Shown here in pieces: positions 37,624 through 48,698 of a stretch of 64,000 nt of DNA (position 1 is the stretch's first letter; the number at the start of each line of letters is the position of its first letter). Position numbers and translations under genes: made by a program. Source of the DNA: Candidatus Hermodarchaeota archaeon (GTDB taxonomy: Archaea; Asgardarchaeota; Lokiarchaeia; Sigyniarchaeales; SOKP01); contig JBHLLO010000001.1 of NCBI GenBank assembly GCA_048885535.1, positions 1 to 64,000 on the forward strand, written 5' to 3'. The notes beneath the pieces were generated by a model. The model ran no database searches and was not told the origin of the DNA. It saw only the letters and a list, made by a program, of their open reading frames with translations.

Positions 37624-40218
37624 TTATTCAATTATATCATAACGATTTAATAATCTGGCAAAGATTTTTATTAACCAAAATAACTTTTTAGGTGCTCTAG
37701 AAACCCAATAATTAAAGTTTGCTGTAAAATCGTTTTCTTTTGAGCGTAACCCATTCAAAAAATTAGGATAATTTAATCCTCCTGTAATTTTTGGGACCTT
37801 TCCTAGACTTTTCACACCTCGCCAGCTGTCTTCGGACTTTCTTCGCCCTAACCATGATTTATCAGTTTTTACTTGAATTAAATTCCCAGATACGGTATTA
37901 ATTTGACCGTAAATATTAATTAATCCAATTCCTCCGATATAATCAGTGTTTTCAACACTAATTACATTCTCTCCCGTTCGTAAAAATTTCTTTATCTCAA
38001 GAAGTTGAATGTTATTTTCTAAGGTAACAAAATTAAGTGAAAATCTTGTAATCACATGACCAACAAATTGATCATTTATATATATTTTAGCATATGTTCC
38101 TGCAATAACTTGAATATTAGCATTGATTACACGATCTTCGATTTCTATAACTTTTTTATAATAAGTTTTATGGGTTTTATGTATCTGTTTAGAATCATAA
38201 TATATGAATTCACTTGGAATATTGGGATTTACCCATTTACGATTATTTTCAATTTCAGAAATTTTCTCCTTGTAGAATTCTATTAACCAAAGATATCTTT
38301 TCTCTATACCTTGAAATCCATCTTCTTTTGCGCAATTAAACCATAGAGCTTTGTATTCAGCTAATAAATTCGTTAGATCTTCTATTAAAACATTTATTTC
38401 TTCAATATATTGCCCTTTCAATTTACTTTTAGCTCTTTCTGAGTAAAAATTAACAAGTTTTTTAGAATTTTTTCTCTTCTGACAATACAATTTCAATTGT
38501 TTTGCTATAAAACCAAGATTTCTAATATTTATTCCATTTTTTAAAACTTTTTTTTCTAAATTTCCACAGATTTCGATAATTGTATTTAAATCTTCGATTA
38601 GTTTATCAAATCTTGTAATCCTAATGTTTCTTTTGTACAATGAACTTTTCTTATTATAGGGATGGCTGAAGAAATGATTATAATAAGAAGAATCTCGAGT
38701 ATGTAGTTTATTATTGTCCTGAATTGCTCTTAAAGAGTAAAAAACTTTTTTCAGCTTAGGATCAATTAATCCAAAAAAATGTAAAAATAAACCCTCCCAA
38801 AATCTAATCTTATCAACTATTTTATCAGGATTCCATCCAACTTCCGCAGAAAATATGAAACCATATATTCGGTTTTCTCTTATTTCTTTATTTTTAAAAT
38901 CACCCCAACTTGAGGTTACTTCCCCAATTATGTTCCGATAGTATCCATATTTAATTAAATTCATAATGTTCTCTTCTGATTTTGCAAATGAGGGATATAA
39001 GCGATTATAATCCATAATCGAAGGACTCACAATTATTGGATAGCCAAAAGACTTAATCTCATCTAAAAAGGGATGCTTTTCTTTTGTATTGTATTTCCAA
39101 TACATAATAATCATATCTTTCGGTAACCTGAGTAAGACTTTTTTGTATTTATAAAGAATATCGTGATAGATTATTACTTTTTTATATCCATGTTTTTTAA
39201 CAATATCATATATTCTTTGATAATGCTTTAAGTAAGCATTTTCAATTCCAATTTCTTCGATATAAGCGTGTGAAGCATATTTACCAACATCGGAACTCTC
39301 GTCAGCAGCTATATGAAAAAAATCTGTTTTAAAAACTTGAGCTAACTCCCCAATCATCTTATCTAGTAATGTATAAATATCTTCATTGGCGAGATTTAAA
39401 CTATTTGAACCAGGAAACTCACCATAGCTCCAATATTCCTGACGATTTAGAATATTATCCCAATGACCAGTAGTTTGAAATATAGGGATTAATTCAACAA
39501 AATGTTTTTCTGCAAATTCGACTAATTCTTTTATTTCCTCCTTTGAATAAGCACCTCTTCCTTCTGAAATCTTAGGATGGTCTTGAAACTTGAACATATC
39601 TTGCATATAGACCAAATAATAATGATTAACCTTAAAATGACTCAATTCTTTTATGAATTTCTTTAAGTTTTCAATTGTTGCAGCTTGACCCCTTGAAATA
39701 TCATCAGATACACCTCTTACTTCTAGTAAAGGAAAATCAATTATTATTACCTCATTTAAAGAATCTCTATTTGGGCTTGAATTAATTAACTGGAGCATAG
39801 TTTGAACTCCATAGAAGATACCCTGTGGAGAATCTGCTAATATAATTACCCTAGTATCTTCGGATAATATAATATAGCCTTGTTTAATTTTTAGATTGTT
39901 ATTTAAAATACTTTCAATATCAGATTGAGGAAAGGCTTCTACACATTCCTTAATAATTTCATTTTCATCTAGTAAACCTTCTGCTTTCGTTTGCTTCTTA
40001 ATTTGAATATTATCAATCTTATTGAGATTTCTTAGCTCATTGTGAAATTGTTCAATGATAAAATCAAACTCGTCTGGTAAATCAGTTGAGATAATAAGTT
40101 GACTATTAAGATTCAATAATAAATCGCTTTTTAATTTAAAATATTGAACCTCAGGGAGAAGATATATATCAGTGGATATTTGATTTGTTTTAGTTAAATT
40201 TTCTAGATATAAAAACAT
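37624..40218 (-). CDS. Glycoside hydrolase family 20 (beta-N-acetylhexosaminidase-like) with C-terminal beta-sandwich
   Basis: [38 protein letters not shown], catalytic HIAADE, YWKY, SSWGD. Confidence 0.88.
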   Translation of the reverse strand: MFLYLENLTKTNQISTDIYLLPEVQYFKLKSDLLLNLNSQLIISTDLPDEFDFIIEQFHNELRNLNKIDNIQIKKQTKAEGLLDENEIIKECVEAFPQSDIESILNNNLKIKQGYIILSEDTRVIILADSPQGIFYGVQTMLQLINSSPNRDSLNEVIIIDFPLLEVRGVSDDISRGQAATIENLKKFIKELSHFKVNHYYLVYMQDMFKFQDHPKISEGRGAYSKEEIKELVEFAEKHFVELIPIFQTTGHWDNILNRQEYWSYGEFPGSNSLNLANEDIYTLLDKMIGELAQVFKTDFFHIAADESSDVGKYASHAYIEEIGIENAYLKHYQRIYDIVKKHGYKKVIIYHDILYKYKKVLLRLPKDMIIMYWKYNTKEKHPFLDEIKSFGYPIIVSPSIMDYNRLYPSFAKSEENIMNLIKYGYYRNIIGEVTSSWGDFKNKEIRENRIYGFIFSAEVGWNPDKIVDKIRFWEGLFLHFFGLIDPKLKKVFYSLRAIQDNNKLHTRDSSYYNHFFSHPYNKKSSLYKRNIRITRFDKLIEDLNTIIEICGNLEKKVLKNGINIRNLGFIAKQLKLYCQKRKNSKKLVNFYSERAKSKLKGQYIEEINVLIEDLTNLLAEYKALWFNCAKEDGFQGIEKRYLWLIEFYKEKISEIENNRKWVNPNIPSEFIYYDSKQIHKTHKTYYKKVIEIEDRVINANIQVIAGTYAKIYINDQFVGHVITRFSLNFVTLENNIQLLEIKKFLRTGENVISVENTDYIGGIGLINIYGQINTVSGNLIQVKTDKSWLGRRKSEDSWRGVKSLGKVPKITGGLNYPNFLNGLRSKENDFTANFNYWVSRAPKKLFWLIKIFARLLNRYDIIE

Positions 40219-40504
40219 ATTATTAAATCATTTAATACCCTAAAAAAAATTATTTAAAACCAAGAAAACAAAATCTATGAAAGATATTAGAAGATAATTT
40301 GGATGAAATCAAATAAAGCCATTCTTAATACACGAGATTAGTAGAATCAAAATGTTATTTTAATTTAAGCTGGAAGGTTATTAACTGACTTGCTTAATTC
40401 AAAACTCAAGTATTATTCTTATAGAGATTTAAATAAAAAACTTGTTAATAAATTTAAGTCTGATAGATGACCATAAGATTTATAAAGTAATAAAAAATAT
40501 CTAG

Positions 40505-40536
40505 GTTTGAACTTATATAAGTTTGAACTTATATAA
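40505..40536 (+). repeat. Perfect 2 x 16-bp tandem repeat (GTTTGAACTTATATAA) containing TATA-like boxes
   Basis: Exact copies at 40505-40520 and 40521-40536, ending 20 bp upstream of ATG 40557. Confidence 0.9.
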
Positions 40537-40556
40537 AATTTGAAAGGTGTATAAAA

Positions 40557-41186
40557 ATGGAGAATGAGGTTAGAGCACCAGAAAAGAAATACGATACATC
40601 ATATAAATCACTTAAGGGTTATGTTTTGTTTACTAACTCATTGAGTGTTGCCATAGCCGGAATATTTTCTGCTTTTACTTGTGGACTGACACTTCTATTT
40701 CCACTTCTTTTTCCGCAAGGATTTATTAATATAGGTGATCTAGCAGTCATGATAACTGCAGTACTTTTTGGGCCTATTATTGGATTTGTAGCAGGAGGTA
40801 TTGGTCCTATGTTAGCGGATTTTATATTAGGATATCCCCAAACTGCTCTCTTCACATTTATAATAAAAGCTTGCGAAGGATTTGTAGTAGGATTTATTTC
40901 TAACCCAAGAAGAAATTACAAAAAAATTCATTATCAGGACATAGTTGGATTAATTATTGGAGGTTTGATAATGGTTTTTGGATACTTTTTTGTAGAATTA
41001 TATATTTTTAGAGATCCCGGATGGGCTTTTGGAGAATTACCTCTAAATTTTGGAGTCCAATTTAGTGTAGGAGTTATCGGGACAATACTCTTTATAACAG
41101 CTTCACGTAAGAATATTATACTTAACTTCCCTAATATATTTGAAAAAATATTCATAATAGAATCTTTGGAAACCAAATCAAAATAA
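40557..41186 (+). CDS. ECF transporter S component
   Basis: GFINIGD, FGPIIGFVAGGIGPMLADFILGY, IKACEG, MVFGYF. Confidence 0.88.
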   Translation: MENEVRAPEKKYDTSYKSLKGYVLFTNSLSVAIAGIFSAFTCGLTLLFPLLFPQGFINIGDLAVMITAVLFGPIIGFVAGGIGPMLADFILGYPQTALFTFIIKACEGFVVGFISNPRRNYKKIHYQDIVGLIIGGLIMVFGYFFVELYIFRDPGWAFGELPLNFGVQFSVGVIGTILFITASRKNIILNFPNIFEKIFIIESLETKSK

Positions 41187-42590
41187 GCTAATGAGAGTTT
41201 CTAGAGCTTCTAATACTTTTTTTCCATTTTCGGTAATACTATAATACACATTTTTTCCACTTTTTTCCCTTGAAATCAATTGCTTTTCCTCTAATTCTTT
41301 TAAATGTTGATAAACTGCAGCCACACTAATAGATCCTAACATTTCCTTTATTTTTATTCCATATATACCCCTATTACCTGCTAATGAAACTTGAGTTAAT
41401 ATTTTCAGTTTAGTGCTTAATAAACTTCCCATTCCAGCAGTTTTCGTTCGAGAGGATAACGCTTCTAATACATAAGGTGCTTTTAACCCACTTCCTGTAA
41501 TAATGCAAACTACTTTTTCTTTAGGATCAAACAAATCTCGTTGATTTAAGATTTGAACTGCTGCTAAGGTCAAAGCAGATGATGGTTCAGCGAAAATACC
41601 TTCATTTCTAATTAACTCATCAATTGAGCTTAAAATTAAGTTTTCAGGAACCGCTAATGAGGTACCATTGCTTTCTTTTATACACCTAATTGCTAAATCT
41701 TTAAAAATAGGCTTCTTCACAAAAATACCCATAGCTAATGATTTTGTTATATCACCTTCTTTACTAATTTGATCGTTCTGTTGAAAAAATCCATTTACTA
41801 TAGGAGAGGATACTTGAGATTGAACCCCGATTAATTTTGGGAAATCTTGGATAACTTTTGCTTCTCGAATCTCATAATAACTTTTCCATAAGCTCACTAA
41901 TAATTCACCACTCCCCATTGGAATCACAATCCAATCAGGAAGTCCTAATTGTTGATAAACCTCAAAACCAATTGTTTTTTGAGCTTCAATTGTAAGAGGG
42001 TTAAACTCACTAGTACATTGATAATAATCGTTGTATTTTTTATCTAAAGCCAATTCGATTGCATCATCAATTAACTCCCCATTTACAATTATTTCCGAAT
42101 TATAAGCAATCATTTGAGCTTTTTTACCAATGTCTATTTCCCTTGGTATAATATTTATACATTTTATACCTTCTAATGAAGTATAGGCGGCAATTGAAGC
42201 ACCTTGGTTTCCACTAGAAGCGCATACTACCTTATTATATCCCCAACTACGTGCGTGGGAAATTAACAGTGCCGCAGATCTGTCTTTAAATGAATTCGTA
42301 GGATTTTGAGTTTCATCTTTGAAATATAAGTTTTTAAGTCCTAAAATTTGTCCTATTTTTTCAGATTCTTTACACGGAGTGCCGCCTTCTCTTTTATCCA
42401 AACTAACAAGAAATTCTTTCTCAATCTCTGGAAAGGTGAAATAAAAGTCCCAAAAAGTCTTAAATGGCTTACCAAAATTTTCCTTATAATTTTCTAATTT
42501 TGGTTTGAACCATAACAAACTTCCACAATTAGTGCATTTATATTCAACTTTATTAAACTTATAATCCGTTTTACAGTTACTGCAGTTCAA
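41178..42590 (-). CDS. thrC: Threonine synthase-family PLP enzyme with N-terminal Zn ribbon and C-terminal winged HTH
   Basis: CSNC..CTNCG, EGGTP, KDETQNPTNSFKDR, ASSGNQG, PMGSG, EGIFAEPSSA, TGSGLK; C-terminal VYQHLKELEEKQLI...YYSITENGK. Confidence 0.8.
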   Translation of the reverse strand: MNCSNCKTDYKFNKVEYKCTNCGSLLWFKPKLENYKENFGKPFKTFWDFYFTFPEIEKEFLVSLDKREGGTPCKESEKIGQILGLKNLYFKDETQNPTNSFKDRSAALLISHARSWGYNKVVCASSGNQGASIAAYTSLEGIKCINIIPREIDIGKKAQMIAYNSEIIVNGELIDDAIELALDKKYNDYYQCTSEFNPLTIEAQKTIGFEVYQQLGLPDWIVIPMGSGELLVSLWKSYYEIREAKVIQDFPKLIGVQSQVSSPIVNGFFQQNDQISKEGDITKSLAMGIFVKKPIFKDLAIRCIKESNGTSLAVPENLILSSIDELIRNEGIFAEPSSALTLAAVQILNQRDLFDPKEKVVCIITGSGLKAPYVLEALSSRTKTAGMGSLLSTKLKILTQVSLAGNRGIYGIKIKEMLGSISVAAVYQHLKELEEKQLISREKSGKNVYYSITENGKKVLEALETLISLF

Positions 42591-42727
42591 AAGAATAGGT
42601 TTTTGAATAATAATCTAACCTCTATGTTGTAAAATTGCTAGAAGTAAGTTATTTTGTTTAATTTTAGGTAAATCAGCTTACTAATACTCAAAATTAATAT
42701 TAAATTAGAAAAAATAATTTATATTTA

Positions 42728-43216
42728 TTACTTTTTCAAAATTTCATTGGACGCATATACAGCAAGAATTTCCCCGAAAAATAAATGATGACTTGCTATA
42801 TTACCTGATTTGCATGAATGAAGTATCCTACATTCATAATTTAATATACAATTTTTTATTGTTGGAACTTTTACCATACTTCCTTCTATTAATTCTAATC
42901 CTGCTTTTTTGAATTTATCAACATTCCTACCAGAATATGAACCAGTTATATTAATTGCATTTTCAATTTTTACAGAAGGAATATTCACAGTAAATTCATG
43001 CCTTCCTTCAGTCAGCAATTTAAAAGTGTAACGCGATGGAGATACCGCAACAGTTATAATCGGTATTCCCCATAGTTCTCCAATAGTTTTCCATAATAAT
43101 GCCATAACATTTGCTTTTCCTTCTTTACTCATTGACACAAGAAGAGCAGCTTTGGACATAAAATAATTCATATATTCATATGGAGAAATTTCATACCTTT
43201 CTGACATTTTAATCAA
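42728..43216 (-). CDS. Flavin reductase-like FMN-binding protein
   Basis: ANVMA, SRYT, EFTVNIP, GSYSGRNVDKF, YECR, HHLFFGEI. Confidence 0.88.
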   Translation of the reverse strand: MIKMSERYEISPYEYMNYFMSKAALLVSMSKEGKANVMALLWKTIGELWGIPIITVAVSPSRYTFKLLTEGRHEFTVNIPSVKIENAINITGSYSGRNVDKFKKAGLELIEGSMVKVPTIKNCILNYECRILHSCKSGNIASHHLFFGEILAVYASNEILKK

Positions 43217-43243
43217 CTCACTTAGAATTCGAAATAAATTTTC

Positions 43244-43483
43244 TTATGGTTCAAAAGGTTCATCATGGATAACTTTATCAATAGCATCCATGCAAGCATC
43301 TTCCCAATCACCATTAGGGTTAACATTTCTACAACAATCCGGACACCAATCATCTGAATAACCAGGATCCCAGTCCTCCTCTTCTAAATCTCCATTTAAC
43401 ATGCTCCCACAGTAAAAGCAAACACGCTCATCATATCTATCTAAAATTTCAGAAATTAATTTTATTTTTTTTTTAGAATTCAT
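43244..43483 (-). CDS. Small acidic Cys-rich (putative Zn-binding) protein
   Basis: CFYCG...WCPDCC. Confidence 0.6.
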   Translation of the reverse strand: MNSKKKIKLISEILDRYDERVCFYCGSMLNGDLEEEDWDPGYSDDWCPDCCRNVNPNGDWEDACMDAIDKVIHDEPFEP

Positions 43484-43562
43484 CTTCTTTTCAACTTACT
43501 AAAATAATTATAATCTTATAATTATTAGATTATAAATTAATAAAAAAAAGGAATTATCGTCC

Positions 43563-44597
43563 TTATTTGATTAAACCACTTGTTTCAATTAACAATTTTT
43601 CAGCCTTTTTCATAATATTATCAATTATATCTTTTACACTATCTATTGAATTTATAAGTCCAATGCTTTGACCCAGAAGAACTGCTCCCTGCTTGATATC
43701 ACCATCATAAACCATCTCATAGTGTTTTTGATCCTCCATGGCCTTTTCTGCTGTTAACTCTACTTCTAAAGCTAGTTTTTCCTCTTTACTTGACACTGGT
43801 TTATGCGAAAGAGCATATTGGTTTCGCCATAACCTAATTGGTCCGAGAACACCTAAACAATAAGCAGTATCACTTGCTTTAGCAGGTGGTATAACATTCT
43901 TATAATTATCATGAAATTCACTATCCTTAGAAGCAATAAAACGTGAGCCCATTGCTATTGCTCCAGCTCCCATTGCTAAAGCTCCAGTTAATCCTTCACC
44001 AGTAGCAAAACCTCCACATGCAATTAATGGTATTTGAGGATACTTTTCTTTAATTTGCTGTAGCAGTACTAGTGTGCTTACTTTTTCATAAGATTGGTGA
44101 CCTCCTCCTTCCCACCCAGTAGCAACTATCCCATCTACTCCCGCATTAATACATTTATCTGCCAGCCATAATGCAGGAGCTACATGAAAGTGTTTTATTT
44201 GAGAACCGCTTTCTTTTAATTTCTGAAATGAATTATTATGAATCATTTTTGGTGTTCCAGCACTAGTTACTACATATATGCATTGTTCTCGCAGTTTTGG
44301 ATTATTCCTTATAAACTTAAGAATCACACGGCATAATGTTGGCGCATCAACTTGTAATCTAGCAGTTCTTATGTTAAATCCAAAAGGTTTATCTGTGTGT
44401 TCAATTACATATTCCATATTTTCTTTCATTTCTTGGACACTGCTTTTTCCAAAAAGATTGGTATGACTTAACACTCCTAAACCGCCTGCTTCAGAAACCG
44501 CAACTGTCAGTTCAGTTGTATAAAAAGGACCCATAGGAGCTGCTATAATTGGATACTTAATCCCAAACATTTTTGTTATATTTGTTTCAATTACCAC
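43563..44597 (-). CDS. Nitronate monooxygenase / FabK-like flavoenzyme
   Basis: YPIIAAPM, VSEAGGLG, GWEGGGH, CGGF, GAIAMGSRF, GQSIGLI. Confidence 0.88.
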   Translation of the reverse strand: MVIETNITKMFGIKYPIIAAPMGPFYTTELTVAVSEAGGLGVLSHTNLFGKSSVQEMKENMEYVIEHTDKPFGFNIRTARLQVDAPTLCRVILKFIRNNPKLREQCIYVVTSAGTPKMIHNNSFQKLKESGSQIKHFHVAPALWLADKCINAGVDGIVATGWEGGGHQSYEKVSTLVLLQQIKEKYPQIPLIACGGFATGEGLTGALAMGAGAIAMGSRFIASKDSEFHDNYKNVIPPAKASDTAYCLGVLGPIRLWRNQYALSHKPVSSKEEKLALEVELTAEKAMEDQKHYEMVYDGDIKQGAVLLGQSIGLINSIDSVKDIIDNIMKKAEKLLIETSGLIK

Positions 44598-44795
44598 ATT
44601 TCTTACCTAATTTAGCCTTTTTTAATTAATTATATAATTAAATGTAGTAGAATATAAATCTTTAATAGAATAAAATCTGTCAAGTAGAATAAAATAACCT
44701 AATTCAAAAATATTGAAATATGACTATATCTTAAAATCATATGATAACTTTATTAAAAATTATCAAAATTAAAATCAGTAAAAAATTTATTTCGG

Positions 44796-45212
44796 GTGAA
44801 ATTTATGGGAAAGGCTGGACCAATTGTTGGTTTAGTTGGCGGGACTCTGATGCTGGTTGCTGCTGTCATTCAAATTCAATACAACCTAACATATATGTTA
44901 ATGGGATCTCCTATTTCTAGACCATTAATACCAACAATTATAAGCATAATAATAACAGTAGTTTGGGCTTCTCTTGGAATATCAGGAGCGTTTCTTGGCT
45001 TGCGAGATAAAAAATTGGGTAATGTTTTAATGATAATTGCTGGTGCAGGAAGTCTCGTTGGAGGATTTACTCCAATTAGTATATTTACAATAGATACTTA
45101 TTATAGAGGTTTTATTTTTCTTAATGCTACATTGATGTCTATTGATCCAATATTAATGTTAATTGGAGGTATCTTATCAATAGCTTTATGGCCAAAACCA
45201 GAAAGGCATTAA
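44796..45212 (+). CDS. Small 4-TM membrane protein
   Basis: Four Gly-rich hydrophobic segments. Confidence 0.65.
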   Translation: MKFMGKAGPIVGLVGGTLMLVAAVIQIQYNLTYMLMGSPISRPLIPTIISIIITVVWASLGISGAFLGLRDKKLGNVLMIIAGAGSLVGGFTPISIFTIDTYYRGFIFLNATLMSIDPILMLIGGILSIALWPKPERH

Positions 45213-45390
45213 AAGAACCCAAATATACTATTAAGGTATACGACAATAATCATAGCAGCTATTATTTAAATGGTTGTTGAAAATATTAATACTAATTTGT
45301 ATTTTTTTGAAAAAAATTTACTACATATTTTTAATGTTATCAGAGCTTATTTCTTAATAATCTTCTAATATTTAATTTTATTAAATCCTC

Positions 45391-46347
45391 ATGTGTCCAG
45401 ATATAATAAGTCTAGGGGAATTATTAGTTGAAATTATGCGAGAACAAGTTGATATTCATCATGGAGAAATTGGGTCCAACTATAAAGGACCATACCCTAG
45501 TGGTGCACCTGCGATTTTTATTGATTCAGCTGCTCGTATGTCTAAGCCATTCAATTTATCAACTGGATTTTTCGGTGCTATAGGAAATGATGAGTTTGGA
45601 GAGTGTATTATTAATAAACTTAAATTTGATGGAGTAGATATTTCACAAATTAGGATTTTGGATAATAAAACAACAGGGATAGCATTTAATCAATATAATT
45701 CAGATGGGTCTCGCAAGTTTATATTTGCGGGTGGTGCGGCTGGTAATATTTTTCCAGAAAATATTAATGAAAAATACTTCCAAAATGTAAAATCTTTGCA
45801 TATTATGGGTAGCGCCCTTTCGATTAGTAAGTCTTCGAGAGATTCATGCTATAAAGCGATATCAGTGGCCAAAGAAGCGAATCCGAATCTTGTTATTTCA
45901 TTCGATCCGAATTTGCGTCCGGAAATGCTAGATCTGGAAAAAATATTAGAGATATGTAACCCTGTATTAAAGGATACATTAATTTTAATGCCTAGTGATA
46001 AGGAAGCCGAAATGTTGGCAGGAGTAGTTGGTGCCAGTGATGCATGTAGAAAATTATTACAGAAAGGCCCTGAAATTATAATATTGAAATTAAGAGAAGC
46101 AGGTTGCATAATCTTTACTCGCAAGAATCAAGAAGGAATAAAGGTTCCCGGTTTTAAAGTTAAAGAAGTAGATCCTACTGGTGCAGGAGATTCATTTGGA
46201 GGAGCATTTATTGTAGGATATCTTGCAGGATGGAATTTAACTAAGTCAGCACAATTTGCTAACGCTGTAGGTGCGCTTAAAGTTCAAAGTTTTGGTCCTA
46301 TGCCAGATACAACATATGAAGATGTTATACTCTTTATGAGACGCTAG
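45391..46347 (+). CDS. PfkB-family sugar kinase
   Basis: SGAPA, GNDEFG, SFDPNLRP, DPTGAGDSFGG, ANAVGA. Confidence 0.92.
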   Translation: MCPDIISLGELLVEIMREQVDIHHGEIGSNYKGPYPSGAPAIFIDSAARMSKPFNLSTGFFGAIGNDEFGECIINKLKFDGVDISQIRILDNKTTGIAFNQYNSDGSRKFIFAGGAAGNIFPENINEKYFQNVKSLHIMGSALSISKSSRDSCYKAISVAKEANPNLVISFDPNLRPEMLDLEKILEICNPVLKDTLILMPSDKEAEMLAGVVGASDACRKLLQKGPEIIILKLREAGCIIFTRKNQEGIKVPGFKVKEVDPTGAGDSFGGAFIVGYLAGWNLTKSAQFANAVGALKVQSFGPMPDTTYEDVILFMRR

Positions 46348-48340
46348 GACCTTTTAAATGCAAAGAAAAAACCTTTACTTGCTCAATTTGATCATTTTTG
46401 ATTGAATATAATCTAAACCCAGGTGGTTTATACTTATAAAGATTGGAGATTGGACCCATCGCTTGAACTTGAAATATAAATGGTTTATTAACATCAAACC
46501 AAATTTTTAAATCAGAAGGACTAACATATGATTTAAATTGTTCTCGATAAATTGATGTATATACCTCACAAGGAACCTCAATATAAATTGGAAAAAACCA
46601 AAAACCAAAATTTATACGTTCAGTTTTGCGCGCTTCTTTCAATCGGTATTCTTTTAATGTATGAGTGTGGCCACATAAAATCAAGTCTACTTTTCTTCTT
46701 ATCTCTTTGTCAGAACCAGTCACGATTCTTAATAGAGTTGCCCAATTATACATTATTGTTTCATATTTTAAATTTAAAACAGTATCTAATCTACCAGTAT
46801 TATTTATTTTTTTTAAATTATCCTCATGGAAATCTGACCATTCTATTTCTCTTTTCTCAATACCAAATTTCTTTTTGTATTTTCTTATTTTTCTAGAGTT
46901 TAAATTAGGAGAGATTGGTGGAGTATGCATGACTATAATAATTTTTCGATCATGAGACAATTTAATATATGCCCGAAGTAAATCTACTTGTTCATCTTTT
47001 ATTCCTTTAGTACTTGGTCCTCCTGTTAATAAATCATGAAGATCTGCGATTGAGTCTTCCCCAGTATCAAGAAAAATGAAATTGTAATTCTCTCCAATTT
47101 TTAAATTATAGTTAAGGTTTGGATTAAAATATCTAAAATAATCCTTTATGTATTTCACATGGGATTTAAGTGCTGTGAAATAATTAAAAAATTTAGTATC
47201 ATAATAACCTTTTATGTCATGATTAGTTAAACCGAATATTTTATGAATTTGACCAAATCTTAAGCCATAGTGCTCCTTTCGATAATCATGATTTCCAATA
47301 GTAGTAAAAATGGGTACAATAATCTCTTTTTTATTTATAAATTCTGAATCTTTACCCAATTGAGGCGGTTTTTCTAAGCCTCTATTTAATCCAAGTAAAA
47401 TGTCAATTAGAACGTAAAAGTTATTCTCATACTGATAATTTCCCTTAGCGATATTCAGATAATCAATTAAATCTCCTGTCATTAAAATAAAATCTAATTT
47501 ATTCTGTTTTGCTCTCTCATTCACAAAATCTATAAATAATCTTAAATTATAATTAAAATTATATTTTGCATATCTTAGTTCTTCATATTTGGCTATCTGG
47601 AAATTTTCCTTATATTCAAAATCTCGTGTTAGAACGAAATCATCAATTTTCTTTAGTTTTTTCTCTTTCTGTTCATAGTACTTCATTTGTGCTTTTACTT
47701 TTTCCTTGATAAAATTTAATATAAAATCGTTTCTTCTAGCAACATGAAAATCTGAAGCATGAATAAATTCAAAATTGTCCCAATCTTTATTATAAATTGC
47801 TATACTATGGAAATTTATCTTATTATCAGTTCTATTTGGAATATCATGCACTAAATCGAATAATAAAAAATTTCTACCTAATTCACTTAGTAATTTTTCA
47901 ATTTTTTTAACTATCGGCAACTCAATTTTAAAATTTATTTCATATAATTCAGTCCTTTTTCCAAATACATTTTCTAATTGTAAAGCAGAGTTATATAAAT
48001 CCCAAATAATACAATTTTTATCTTCTAATATTGTTTGATCCTTAAAATCAAGTTTTTCAATTTTTGAAATTTCAATCAAAGAAATTGGAAACAGCTCTCC
48101 CCTTCTTTGCTGAAATTCTCCCTCCTCTTTCAAGATAGGCTGAATATATATATTTAAATGGAAATACTCAAGAATTCTTTTGAGAGAATGGGATTGATTG
48201 GCTAAGATTAAGGTGTTGAACATAACTGGTTTATGATATTCTTCTAACCTATCCTTAAAATCTTTTAAATTAAGTAAAATAGGCTGTCCTAAATTTGGTT
48301 TTAATATTATTGGAAAACTTCCTACTGATAAATCCAACAT
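46334..48340 (-). CDS. Large calcineurin-like metallophosphoesterase
   Basis: SDFH, TGDLID, GNHD, MHTPP, GHTH, with long insertions. Confidence 0.82.
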   Translation of the reverse strand: MLDLSVGSFPIILKPNLGQPILLNLKDFKDRLEEYHKPVMFNTLILANQSHSLKRILEYFHLNIYIQPILKEEGEFQQRRGELFPISLIEISKIEKLDFKDQTILEDKNCIIWDLYNSALQLENVFGKRTELYEINFKIELPIVKKIEKLLSELGRNFLLFDLVHDIPNRTDNKINFHSIAIYNKDWDNFEFIHASDFHVARRNDFILNFIKEKVKAQMKYYEQKEKKLKKIDDFVLTRDFEYKENFQIAKYEELRYAKYNFNYNLRLFIDFVNERAKQNKLDFILMTGDLIDYLNIAKGNYQYENNFYVLIDILLGLNRGLEKPPQLGKDSEFINKKEIIVPIFTTIGNHDYRKEHYGLRFGQIHKIFGLTNHDIKGYYDTKFFNYFTALKSHVKYIKDYFRYFNPNLNYNLKIGENYNFIFLDTGEDSIADLHDLLTGGPSTKGIKDEQVDLLRAYIKLSHDRKIIIVMHTPPISPNLNSRKIRKYKKKFGIEKREIEWSDFHEDNLKKINNTGRLDTVLNLKYETIMYNWATLLRIVTGSDKEIRRKVDLILCGHTHTLKEYRLKEARKTERINFGFWFFPIYIEVPCEVYTSIYREQFKSYVSPSDLKIWFDVNKPFIFQVQAMGPISNLYKYKPPGFRLYSIKNDQIEQVKVFSLHLKGPSVS

Positions 48341-48698
48341 GTCTAGAGTAGCTCTAAATTAAATTGTCATTCTTTATAATAATTATTTGATTTTTGTTCA
48401 TAATTAATTTTTTTAATATTTTCTTTTCTTTTGATTTTAAATGATATATAAATTTATCTATCTAGGTCTGTAATTTCTAATCAAAAAATTAAATATGGTT
48501 AAATTTTAAATAGATAAAAATTGTATATTTTATAAGCGTCTTAATTTAGATGTCGAAAATGCAAAATTATTTAATTAAAAGCCTATTTGACCAAATAGAA
48601 ATTTGTTTTTCATATTTAAATAAGAATTAAATTTTAAATTACAATTTCTACTTTTATCTTAATAACGATAATAAAATCTAATAATCAAAATTCGCACT

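Noticed and set aside
40219-40500. Intergenic stretch that looked like a possibly decayed gene
   Set aside because: Multiple stops in the frames examined and no recognisable motif
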